From: Polyangia bacterium
GTDB taxonomy: Bacteria; Myxococcota_A; Polyangia; Fen-1088
DNA length: 64,000 nucleotides
NCBI GenBank assembly: GCA_036268875.1
Contig: DATATI010000091.1
Span: 13,513 to 77,512 of the forward strand
Reading direction: 5' to 3'
Under the pieces are notes generated by a model, which saw only the letters and a program-made list of their open reading frames with translations, did not search any database and was not told the origin of the DNA. Position numbers and translations under genes: made by a program. Shown here piece after piece: positions 12,082-22,659 of this stretch (position 1 is the first letter of the stretch; every line of letters begins with the position of its first letter).

Positions 12082-12155
12082 GCACCCGTAGCTCAATTGG
12101 ATAGAGCATCGGCCTACGAAGCCGGGGGTCGCCTGTTCGAATCAGGCCGGGTGCA
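12082..12155 (+). tRNA. tRNA-Arg (anticodon ACG)
   Basis: GCACCCGTAGCTCAATTGGATAGAGCA...CTACGAA...TTCGAATC...CGGGTGC-A; close match to canonical argV. Confidence 0.85.
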
Positions 12156-12163
12156 CAGCGACC

Positions 12164-13036
12164 TCAGAATAGGTCCTGCCAGCGGCAAAGAGTGATGCCT
12201 TGCCGTTCGAGCGCGCTGCGCACCTTGGTGGACGTCAGCGCGGTCATCTCGCGCGGCCGATCGTGGCGGGTGTCGCCGGCTTCGTTGGATTCGCCCGGAT
12301 GACAGATGAGCTCATGCACGCCGGGACCGAGGCGCCCGATGATCTCAAGGATGCGGACCTCATCCAGCTGGCCACTCTCGACGAAGCCCCAGCTTTGCGG
12401 TCCGTGGCGCAAGGTGCCCATCTGGCGACGGGTCAGCCAGGACAACCCGGCCAGGACCCCCGCCTCAAGACCACGGCGCGGCTCGGTGATCCAGGCCATG
12501 GTCGGCTGCTCGACGGCAATTCTGATCCCAGGAATGCCGTGCCGGCGCGCGGCGGCTTCCAGCGCTTGACCGATGGGCGGCAGGAAGCCCAGGTGGTGGT
12601 GGGTGTTCAGATGATCGGGCTTCAACCCGGTGGCGATGATGCGTTCGATCTGGCTGTTGATTTCGATTTCCACGTGGGCCCGAGCGACAGAGCCCTTAAA
12701 CCATAACTTTAAGAAATCGCGCGGCCGCGCCGGCAGCGCGCCGGCGCCGTCGACCAGCGATGGCACGTCAGCCGCTGGCGAGGTAGGTCTGCCTCCGACC
12801 AGCGCCAGGTGAACGCCCACGCCCAGCGCGGGCGCTTGATCCAGCAGCGCCTTGGCGGCGCGCAAATCGGTATCGGGGCAGTTTCCCAGCACCGACGTGC
12901 TGGTCACGCATCCTTCCCGGTGAGAGCGGATGATGCCGCGCGATATTTCGGGCGTCATGCCGAAGTCGTCGGCGTTGACCACCAGGCGGATGTTGGCGTC
13001 GTTCACGGTCGCGCATTCCTCGTCGGCAATCTTCAC
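12164..13036 (-). CDS. YdjC/ChbG/HpnK-family carbohydrate deacetylase
   Basis: VVNADDFGMT...GVHL...HxH signature of PF04794-like proteins. Confidence 0.7.
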   Translation of the reverse strand: MKIADEECATVNDANIRLVVNADDFGMTPEISRGIIRSHREGCVTSTSVLGNCPDTDLRAAKALLDQAPALGVGVHLALVGGRPTSPAADVPSLVDGAGALPARPRDFLKLWFKGSVARAHVEIEINSQIERIIATGLKPDHLNTHHHLGFLPPIGQALEAAARRHGIPGIRIAVEQPTMAWITEPRRGLEAGVLAGLSWLTRRQMGTLRHGPQSWGFVESGQLDEVRILEIIGRLGPGVHELICHPGESNEAGDTRHDRPREMTALTSTKVRSALERQGITLCRWQDLF

Positions 13037-13059
13037 CGACTTCTAACACTTTCCCGAAA

Positions 13060-14196
13060 TTGACCCCTCATGTTGAAGGTGATATTTCAGACAAAATGCC
13101 GAAGCGCATACTGATCGCCGACGACAGCGTGACGATCCAGAAGGCCTTCGCGATGACCTTCGGTGCTGAAGACGTCTCGCTGGTGGCGGCGCGCTCGGCC
13201 GACGAAGGGCTCAGTCTGGCGCGCCAGAATCGTCCCGACCTGATCATCGCCGACGCGACGATGCAGGGCCGTTCCGGCTACGATCTGTGCGCGGCCGTGA
13301 AAGCGGACGGCGGGCTGCGCGGCACGCCGGTCTACCTCCTCGCCTCAAGCCAGCAACCGTTCGACGAGGCCAGGGCGCGCCAGTCGGGCGCCGACGGACA
13401 CTTTATCAAGCCGTTCGAGACCAACGCGATCATCGAAAAGGTGCGCGAGGCGCTGGGCAAAGGCGGCGCCGCCACCGCGCAAGAACCGACGGTGAAGGCG
13501 GCCGTCCCGGTCGGGGCGGCGCGGGCGATGGCGCCGCCCCGAACCATGTCGTCGATGCCAGCGGTCTCCGAGGACGACTACGGCGAGATCAGCGTGGACG
13601 TTCCGGCGCGGGATGCGCCTCGGCCGACCGCGCCCTCTTTCCCCGTGCAGCGGCCGACGGCGCCGATGGCCATTCCCGTGGCGGCGTCGTCCGTGCCCGC
13701 TCCCCACGCGCCGCTGTCGACGGGCATGCGGCCGTCGCTGATTCCGGGCGTGCGTCCGGGGACCATGGCCCCGGCTCGTCCCGGCGCGCCGCCATTGGTG
13801 GCTCCGAACACGCGCCCGCTGGGCCCGGGCGCGGCGCCGCCCGCCCAGCGTCCAGCGCCGCCGCCGCGCACCTTGATGGGCTTGCCGGCGGCCAGCGCGG
13901 CGGGGCTTCCCGGTTCGCTGCGTCCTGCGCCTCCGTCGTATCCGGGAGCGATGCCGCAGCCGCGGCAGTCTCCGCCGATCATGTCGCGCCCGGCGCAGTC
14001 GGTCCCGCCCGCGGTCTCGGCGCTGGTGGGCAACGCCGTCGATCAAAAGATGGCCAGCTTCGCCGCCCGCGGCCCGGAATACGAAGCCATCGCCAAGCTA
14101 TCGCGCGAGATCATCGAACAGGTCGTCTGGGAGGTGGTCCCCGAACTGGCCGAGGCGATCATCCGCGAGCACGTCGAGAAGCGCGGTCGCGTCTAG
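13060..14196 (+). CDS. Response regulator with N-terminal REC domain, ~230-aa Pro-rich linker and conserved C-terminal helical tail (RomR-like architecture); alternative start ATG 13096
   Basis: KRILIADDSVTIQ..DLIIADATMQGRSGYDL..HFIKPF receiver; PxxP-rich middle; C-terminal EAIAKLSREIIEQVVWEVVPELAEAII. Confidence 0.8.
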   Translation: MTPHVEGDISDKMPKRILIADDSVTIQKAFAMTFGAEDVSLVAARSADEGLSLARQNRPDLIIADATMQGRSGYDLCAAVKADGGLRGTPVYLLASSQQPFDEARARQSGADGHFIKPFETNAIIEKVREALGKGGAATAQEPTVKAAVPVGAARAMAPPRTMSSMPAVSEDDYGEISVDVPARDAPRPTAPSFPVQRPTAPMAIPVAASSVPAPHAPLSTGMRPSLIPGVRPGTMAPARPGAPPLVAPNTRPLGPGAAPPAQRPAPPPRTLMGLPAASAAGLPGSLRPAPPSYPGAMPQPRQSPPIMSRPAQSVPPAVSALVGNAVDQKMASFAARGPEYEAIAKLSREIIEQVVWEVVPELAEAIIREHVEKRGRV

Positions 14197-14273
14197 TCCA
14201 CCTGCCCGACGCTGTTCGTGCGTGTCGTCGCTGGCGAGCAGAGGGCGATCCGCGCTAGATATTGACGTTTCCC

Positions 14274-17006
<2,733 letters not shown>

Positions 17007-17012
17007 TCCGGA

Positions 17013-18434
17013 TCAGCGTCTAGACGCCGACGGCTTGACGGCGCGGTGGCGCGGTGGCACGGCCGCCGGCGGGCCGGGATCCGTCTCCGGTTGCGGGTCG
17101 CTGGGCAGCGCCTCGGGAGCGGGGGATTCGGCGACTGGCGGCGGGGCGGACGGGCCGGCGGGCGGGTGGATCAGCGGTTCGGCATAGCGGTCCCAGGCGT
17201 CGGCGCCGAAGCGTTTCCACAGCTCGACGCCCAGCAAGGACGCGCCTGCCAGCACGGCCAAGGCGAACAAGGCCCGCAGGCGCACCCGCCAGCGGCCGCG
17301 CAGAAGGCGCGATCGCTCGGCGCTGCTGGCGCCGCGGAAACTCTCGGTCACCGGCTGCTCGCTGAGCGATGCCTGCGTGCCGGTCGGCTTGGCCGCGCCG
17401 GCGCCCGCCGGACGCGTCGTCTCGGCGACGGTGGACTGGTCCTCGTCGATGATGATCGATGGCTCTTCGGGCTGGTGATAAAGGCCGCGCAGCATCTTGG
17501 CCAGCTCGCCGCTGGTATGGCGGGCGGCGATCAGCGTGCGTTCGATGTCGTCGGCCATCGCCGCCGCCGACGGGTAACGCTGATTGGGATCGCGCTCCAG
17601 GGCGCGCAGCACGATGCGGTCCAGCTCGCGCGGGATGGTGGCGTCCACCGACGACGGCGGCGGCGTGGGCTTGGCTAGCAGCTGGCGCATCTTGGCGAGC
17701 TCGTTGTTGGTGTTGAACAGCTTCCGCCCGGTCAGCATCTCATGCAGCACCACGCCGGTGGCGAACACGTCCACCCGGCCGTCCATCGGCAGCCGGTTGA
17801 TCTGTTCGGGCGCCAAATAAGACACCTTTCCCTTGATGATCCCTTGGCGAATTTCTTCCTGGGCGAAGTACGCGGCGCGCGCGATGCCGAAATCCACCAC
17901 CTTGGCCGTGCCGCTCCACGCCAGCATGATGTTCGGCGGCGAGATGTCGCGGTGGATGATCTCCAGCGGCGCGCCGTCGGGCCCGGTCAACGTGTGCGCG
18001 TAATCGAGGCCGACGCAGATCTGGCGGGCGATGTCAGCGGCGATCAGAAAGGGGATCGAGCGTTTTTCGTTGCGCAGCTTGGCCATCACGTCGCGCAGGG
18101 AAGCGCCGCGCACGCTCTCCATGGCGATGAAGTACGTGCCCTCGGCCTGGCCGAACTCGTAGATCTGCACGATGTTCGGGTGGCTGAGCAGGGCGCAGAT
18201 CTTCGCCTCGTTGACGAACATGGTGACGAACTGGGTGTTGGCGGAGAACTTGGGCAGGATGCGCTTGAGGACCAGCTCGCGCTCGAAGCCTTCCGGGCCT
18301 TTCACGACGGCGCGAAAAACCTCGGCCATCCCGCCGGCGCCGATGCGCTCGGTCAGCTGGTAGCGGCTGTACGGAATGCGACCGTGAGCGAAAAGATCGC
18401 TCTCGTCGTGGTCCGCTGCGTGGGCTTCCGACAT
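17013..18434 (-). CDS. Hanks-type Ser/Thr protein kinase with C-terminal TM and Pro-rich tail
   Basis: GAGGMAEVF..VLKRI..HRDISPPNIM..DFGIA..YLAPEQ. Confidence 0.9.
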   Translation of the reverse strand: MSEAHAADHDESDLFAHGRIPYSRYQLTERIGAGGMAEVFRAVVKGPEGFERELVLKRILPKFSANTQFVTMFVNEAKICALLSHPNIVQIYEFGQAEGTYFIAMESVRGASLRDVMAKLRNEKRSIPFLIAADIARQICVGLDYAHTLTGPDGAPLEIIHRDISPPNIMLAWSGTAKVVDFGIARAAYFAQEEIRQGIIKGKVSYLAPEQINRLPMDGRVDVFATGVVLHEMLTGRKLFNTNNELAKMRQLLAKPTPPPSSVDATIPRELDRIVLRALERDPNQRYPSAAAMADDIERTLIAARHTSGELAKMLRGLYHQPEEPSIIIDEDQSTVAETTRPAGAGAAKPTGTQASLSEQPVTESFRGASSAERSRLLRGRWRVRLRALFALAVLAGASLLGVELWKRFGADAWDRYAEPLIHPPAGPSAPPPVAESPAPEALPSDPQPETDPGPPAAVPPRHRAVKPSASRR

Positions 18435-18482
18435 CCGGAAGCAGGTATCGGCATTTTCCCGACGAGCGTAAATCTTCGCCGC

Positions 18483-19829
18483 TCACGGGCGCGGGCGCGG
18501 TACCCCACTGTGCTCCGATGTGGGTTGCGCGTGGCCAGACTCGACCGATGACGTCTCGGTGTCGACGGGGGGCAAGGTGATAAGCCCGGTGACCACGTCG
18601 GGGTTGGCCAGCGCGGTGGGCGGGGCGCGCTCTTCGGGCAGCGGCTCCAGTCTCTGCTGGGTGCCGGTGATGATCTCCGGGGCGCGCACGGGCTCGGTCG
18701 GCGCGCCGCTGCCCAGGGCGTAGCCGCCCAAGAGACCCGCCACCCCGATGAAGCTGGTCCACACCCCGCCGGCCAGCGCCCACAAGAGATCGGCACCCAG
18801 CGCATGGCCAATCCCGCGCGGCCCGCTGCCCCCGTCGGTGATGACCGCGGCGACGGCGTCCCAGGATCCGATCACCGCCAGCACCGCGGCCGCCAGGATG
18901 AACGCCAGAGCGATCCCAGCGACCAAGCCAGGCGCGAACGTCCGCGCCGGCACCAACCCGCGCCGGCCCCACAGGCGCCGCGTCTCGACGGTGATCTGCA
19001 CGCTCAGGCGTCCGGTGGCGTAGGGCGTGACACCGGCGTGCACCAGCAGCGCGCCGACCATGGCCAGGATCGAAGCCAGCGCGGTCAGCATGCCGATGAT
19101 CTGCAGCGGCGCGCTGGCGCGCGAGAACAACGTGGCGGCGCCGCCGCGATCGCCGATGGCGATCATCGACGCCACAGCGATCACCGCCGACACGGCGCCC
19201 AGCGCATAAAGCAGGCTCTCGCGCATCGCCGCGCCCAACAGCGACCGCCGCCAGCGGAGCAGCGTGCGCAAGGCGGCGCCGAATGAAAGCGGACGGCTGT
19301 CGGCGACGACGTCGTGAATGGCGGCGGCGGCGGTCACCGCGCTGAGCGCGGCGCAAAGGGCGTACGCCACCAGCGCGGCGGCAAATTCCAGCAGGCGGGT
19401 CAGCGGCCCGCCGCCCGACAGCCAGCGCACCAGCCAGCGCAAAGACAGCGCGCCGAAACCCAGCGCCGCCGCCGGCAACGCCAGCCGTGGATCCCACGCC
19501 GCGCCCAGCGCCGGCCACAACAGCGCCGGTCGCGCGGCGCGCGCGGGATCGGGCAGGCCGCCGGCGCCGCTGGGCGCGTTCAGGCCCAGGCCCTCGCGCA
19601 GGCCGTTGTGGGCGCCATCGAACGAACGGGCGGTGCGTTCGACCCGAATGATGTAGCCCAGCGACACGATGTCGACGTTGGCCAGATCCGGCGACGAGAC
19701 CGGCCGGCGATCGCCCGGCGGATCGAGGATCAAGGTCGCGCCGCACCGACAAGGAACCCGCCCCGCCGCGTTCATCCGCGCGGCGGGGAAGGCATGTTTC
19801 CTCGCGCAGCGCGGACAGTGAAAATGCAT
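18483..19829 (-). CDS. Membrane protein with N-terminal zinc ribbon (CPRC..CRC) and multiple TM helices
   Basis: Hydrophobic segments, high GC3; upstream of kinase in same orientation (48-bp gap). Confidence 0.5.
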   Translation of the reverse strand: MHFHCPRCARKHAFPAARMNAAGRVPCRCGATLILDPPGDRRPVSSPDLANVDIVSLGYIIRVERTARSFDGAHNGLREGLGLNAPSGAGGLPDPARAARPALLWPALGAAWDPRLALPAAALGFGALSLRWLVRWLSGGGPLTRLLEFAAALVAYALCAALSAVTAAAAIHDVVADSRPLSFGAALRTLLRWRRSLLGAAMRESLLYALGAVSAVIAVASMIAIGDRGGAATLFSRASAPLQIIGMLTALASILAMVGALLVHAGVTPYATGRLSVQITVETRRLWGRRGLVPARTFAPGLVAGIALAFILAAAVLAVIGSWDAVAAVITDGGSGPRGIGHALGADLLWALAGGVWTSFIGVAGLLGGYALGSGAPTEPVRAPEIITGTQQRLEPLPEERAPPTALANPDVVTGLITLPPVDTETSSVESGHAQPTSEHSGVPRPRP

Positions 19830-19878
19830 TCCCTACGCATCCTAAGCCCTTTCTTCGGGCGCGGGGAGGGTGGGGCGG

Positions 19879-20712
19879 TCAGGGGTTGGCGCCGCTGTCG
19901 ATCCAGTTGGCCACCAGCCGCAGGTCCTCCGGTGGCAGCACCTCGCCGGGCGGATCGCGGTGGCCGGGCGTGGTCGGGATCGGCGGCGCCGCCGCGCCCT
20001 CACCGGTAGACGCGGGCAGAAGCTTGCGCAAAAGGAAGCTGCGCGACGAATCGTCGGGCTGCACGCGCAGCAGGCTCCCGACCTCGCGCGAGGGGACGCC
20101 CACCAGCGCGCCGAAAGCGTCGGCGTCGCACAACGACAGGCCGGCGGCCGGATTTTCCAGGCAGCCGCCGCCATCGTCGGCGCTTTGTCGGTGGCAACCG
20201 CTGCCGCCGCAAGAACGGGCGAACAGTGGCAGCACGGCGGCCAGCGCCGTCGGCGGCGTGGTGTCGCTGCCGCTGCCGCCGGCGATGCCGGCACCGGTCT
20301 CGAAGCTGCGCTGCTGGTTCGTGGTGGCGCAACCTTGCAGCGAGCGGATCGCCGACGAGACGTTCACCGTGTAGGAAAGAAACGGCCGCAGCGCCCCCGC
20401 GGTCTGGAACCGGACGCGCTTGCTGATGAGGTCGACGCTGTACGTGCCCACGTGCCAGTAAACGCCGGTGGTCAGCAGCAGCCCGGGCTTGCCCACGCTG
20501 TCGGGATCGGGATAGTCCGAGAAGATCAGATCGATGGGCGTGTTGGTAGGGACGTCGCGCGCGTCGTCGGCGGGCCGAAACGTCACCACCTCGAACGGCG
20601 TGCACTGACCGGCGAACGGCTGCGCGTCGGTCGGCTGGCTGCAGGCAGCGGCGCCCCCAGCCAAGAGCAAGAGCAAGAGAACGACCAGCAAGGCGGGCAG
20701 CCGGGCGGGCAA
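19879..20712 (-). CDS. Lipoprotein (signal LPALLVVLLLLLLAGGAAAC), hypothetical
   Basis: ORF extends to ATG 20790 but that part has low GC3 and overlaps neighbour; TTG 20712 gives canonical lipoprotein signal. Confidence 0.45.
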   Translation of the reverse strand: MPARLPALLVVLLLLLLAGGAAACSQPTDAQPFAGQCTPFEVVTFRPADDARDVPTNTPIDLIFSDYPDPDSVGKPGLLLTTGVYWHVGTYSVDLISKRVRFQTAGALRPFLSYTVNVSSAIRSLQGCATTNQQRSFETGAGIAGGSGSDTTPPTALAAVLPLFARSCGGSGCHRQSADDGGGCLENPAAGLSLCDADAFGALVGVPSREVGSLLRVQPDDSSRSFLLRKLLPASTGEGAAAPPIPTTPGHRDPPGEVLPPEDLRLVANWIDSGANP

Positions 20713-20743
20713 AACCCGACCAACGCGCCGGTCGTGCGGCGGC

Positions 20744-21103
20744 TCAGCTTTCGCTGTAAAGTCGGATCTGCTCGCGGATAACGTCCTCATTGAGGCCGGT
20801 CTTGAGATAGTCCTGCAGGCAGTCTGCCAGGGTCACGACCATGTCGTCCACGCCGCGCTCTTCGACCAGCTTGGCCAGCAGAGACCGGCCTTCGGTGCTG
20901 TCGTCGTCGCGCAGGAAGTCCCGCACCATGTCGAGCGAAAGGTCGCCGGAGAAGTCAAGTATCGCGTGGTCGAGTAGGTAAGCGATAAGTTGTTTCACCG
21001 GGGAACCTCCAGAGAGTGAGGAAAGGTCTGCGACGACAGGAACCGGGTTGCTCATATCGCGGATGACTTCGCTGCGCAAGAGTTCAGGGCAACGATTCTC
21101 CAC
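20744..21103 (-). CDS. Small acidic hypothetical protein (103-119 aa; alt start ATG 21055) with atypically low GC3
   Basis: Non-low-complexity sequence, GC3 ~68 % vs ~90 % genome norm. Confidence 0.45.
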   Translation of the reverse strand: MENRCPELLRSEVIRDMSNPVPVVADLSSLSGGSPVKQLIAYLLDHAILDFSGDLSLDMVRDFLRDDDSTEGRSLLAKLVEERGVDDMVVTLADCLQDYLKTGLNEDVIREQIRLYSES

Positions 21104-21140
21104 ATTTGACCCGACTCGACGGAGTTGTTACCGTCGCCGA

Positions 21141-21581
21141 GCCTTGCGCGGACATCGCACCCACCCGTGGCGGGCGCTGGCGTTCGGCGCCGCGCTTGCG
21201 GTTCCGTGCGCGACCGGCTGCGGCCCGATCGAATATCTGGACACGTCGGCGAAGGCCGGCGCGGCGCTGGCCGCGGCCAAGCAAGCGGACGCCGAACACC
21301 TGGCGCCGTACGAATACACCGCGGCCACCGAGTATTTGCACAAGGCGCGCGAGGAAGCCGGTTACTCGCAGTACCAGCAGTCGATCGAGTTCGGGCATCG
21401 CGCGGAAGCAATGGCTAGCCGGGCGCGCGCGCTGTCGACCGCCAACGCGCAGGAAAAAACCGCGCCCGCCGCGCCGCCGCCCGCGGCCGTTCCTCCCGCG
21501 CCGTCGCCGCCACCGGCCGCCGCGAATCCGTCATCACCCGCGCGTCCGGCCGTTGACGACGAGCAGCCGCGCAAACGATGA
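21141..21581 (+). CDS. DUF4398-like lipoprotein (TTG start; lipobox ..VPCATGC), Pro/Ala-rich tail
   Basis: Helical A/K/E-rich domain similar to N-terminus of following OmpA gene; ATGA overlap with next gene. Confidence 0.5.
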   Translation, partial: ALRGHRTHPWRALAFGAALAVPCATGCGPIEYLDTSAKAGAALAAAKQADAEHLAPYEYTAATEYLHKAREEAGYSQYQQSIEFGHRAEAMASRARALSTANAQEKTAPAAPPPAAVPPAPSPPPAAANPSSPARPAVDDEQPRKR

Positions 21582-22657
21582 CCACCCGCCGCTTACTCCC
21601 GCCGCTTGGTCGCCGCCTGGCGTGCGGCGCGATCCTGACGGTGATGGCCGGCGCCGGCTGCGCCGGGGTGCAGCTGGAACAAAACGTCCGCCAGGTGCGC
21701 CAGATCGCCAAGGAGGCGCGCGACAACGGCGCATACAAGTGCGCGCCCCGCCAGCTGGCGCTGGCCGACGTGAACATCGAATTCAGCGACGCCGAACTCT
21801 CCGAAGGCGATTACTTTCGCGCCCGCGAGCATCTGCAGATCGCCGACGAGAACGCCCGCGAAGCCTACCGCCTGTCACCGCGCGATCGCTGCGTGGGTCC
21901 GGGCGATCGCGACGGCGACGGCATTCCCGACGACATCGACAAATGTCCGAACGATCCGGAGGACAAGGACGGCTTTCAGGACGACGACGGCTGTCCGGAT
22001 CCAGACAACGACCAAGACGGTATCGTTGACGCCAAGGACAAGTGTCCGAACGATGCCGAAGATCGCGACGGTTTTGAAGACGCCGACGGCTGTCCCGATC
22101 CCGACAACGACAAGGACGGCATCCCCGACGTCAAGGACAAGTGCCCGAACGATCCGGAGGACAAGGACGGCTTTGAAGACGCCGACGGCTGCCCTGATCC
22201 CGACAACGACAAGGACGGTGTCCCCGACGTCAGCGATCAATGTCCGCTGGAACCTGGGCCGGCCGACAACCGCGGCTGCCCGAAGAAGTTCGAACACATC
22301 GTCGTCACTCAAGACAAGATCGAGCTCAAGCAGAAGATCTTCTTCGATACCGATAAGGCGACGATCTTGCCGCGCAGCTTTGGCCTGCTGGACGAGATCG
22401 GCGGCGTCTTGCGGGCGCGGCCCACCATGCGCGTGCGCATCGAAGGCCACACCGACGCGCGCGGCACGGCGGCCCATAACACGAAGCTGTCGCAGTCGCG
22501 CGCAGACTCCGTGCGCCAGCACCTGATCGGCCTCGGCGTCGACGGCGGGCGCATGGACGCCCAAGGCTTTGGATCGCAGCAACCGATCGAGACCAACAAG
22601 ACGGCGGCCGGCCGCGAACGCAACCGGCGCGTCGAATTCATAATTACCCAGCAATAG
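21578..22657 (+). CDS. OmpA-family protein with DUF4398-like N-domain and thrombospondin type-3 (TSP3) calcium-binding repeats
   Basis: DKCPNDPEDKDGFxDxDGCPDPDND repeats x3; C-terminal OmpA domain (..FDTDKATI..IEGHTDARGTAAHNTKLSQSRADSV..). Confidence 0.85.
   Translation: MTTRRLLPPLGRRLACGAILTVMAGAGCAGVQLEQNVRQVRQIAKEARDNGAYKCAPRQLALADVNIEFSDAELSEGDYFRAREHLQIADENAREAYRLSPRDRCVGPGDRDGDGIPDDIDKCPNDPEDKDGFQDDDGCPDPDNDQDGIVDAKDKCPNDAEDRDGFEDADGCPDPDNDKDGIPDVKDKCPNDPEDKDGFEDADGCPDPDNDKDGVPDVSDQCPLEPGPADNRGCPKKFEHIVVTQDKIELKQKIFFDTDKATILPRSFGLLDEIGGVLRARPTMRVRIEGHTDARGTAAHNTKLSQSRADSVRQHLIGLGVDGGRMDAQGFGSQQPIETNKTAAGRERNRRVEFIITQQ
21938..22246 (+). repeat. Three tandem ~117-bp intragenic repeats encoding TSP3 units
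   Basis: Near-identical DNA units visible in sequence. Confidence 0.7.
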
Positions 22658-22659
22658 CG

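Noticed and set aside
18034-19752. 572-aa minus ORF (alternative frame over membrane-protein gene and kinase end)
   Set aside because: Arg/Gly/Ala-rich with no hydrophobic or catalytic features. The 448-aa frame has TM helices and a zinc ribbon.
19870-20781. 303-aa plus ORF antisense to lipoprotein
   Set aside because: Arg-rich junk; the minus frame has signal peptide/lipobox.
21106-22029. 307-aa Arg/Pro-rich plus ORF out of frame with DUF4398/OmpA genes
   Set aside because: Composition artefact.
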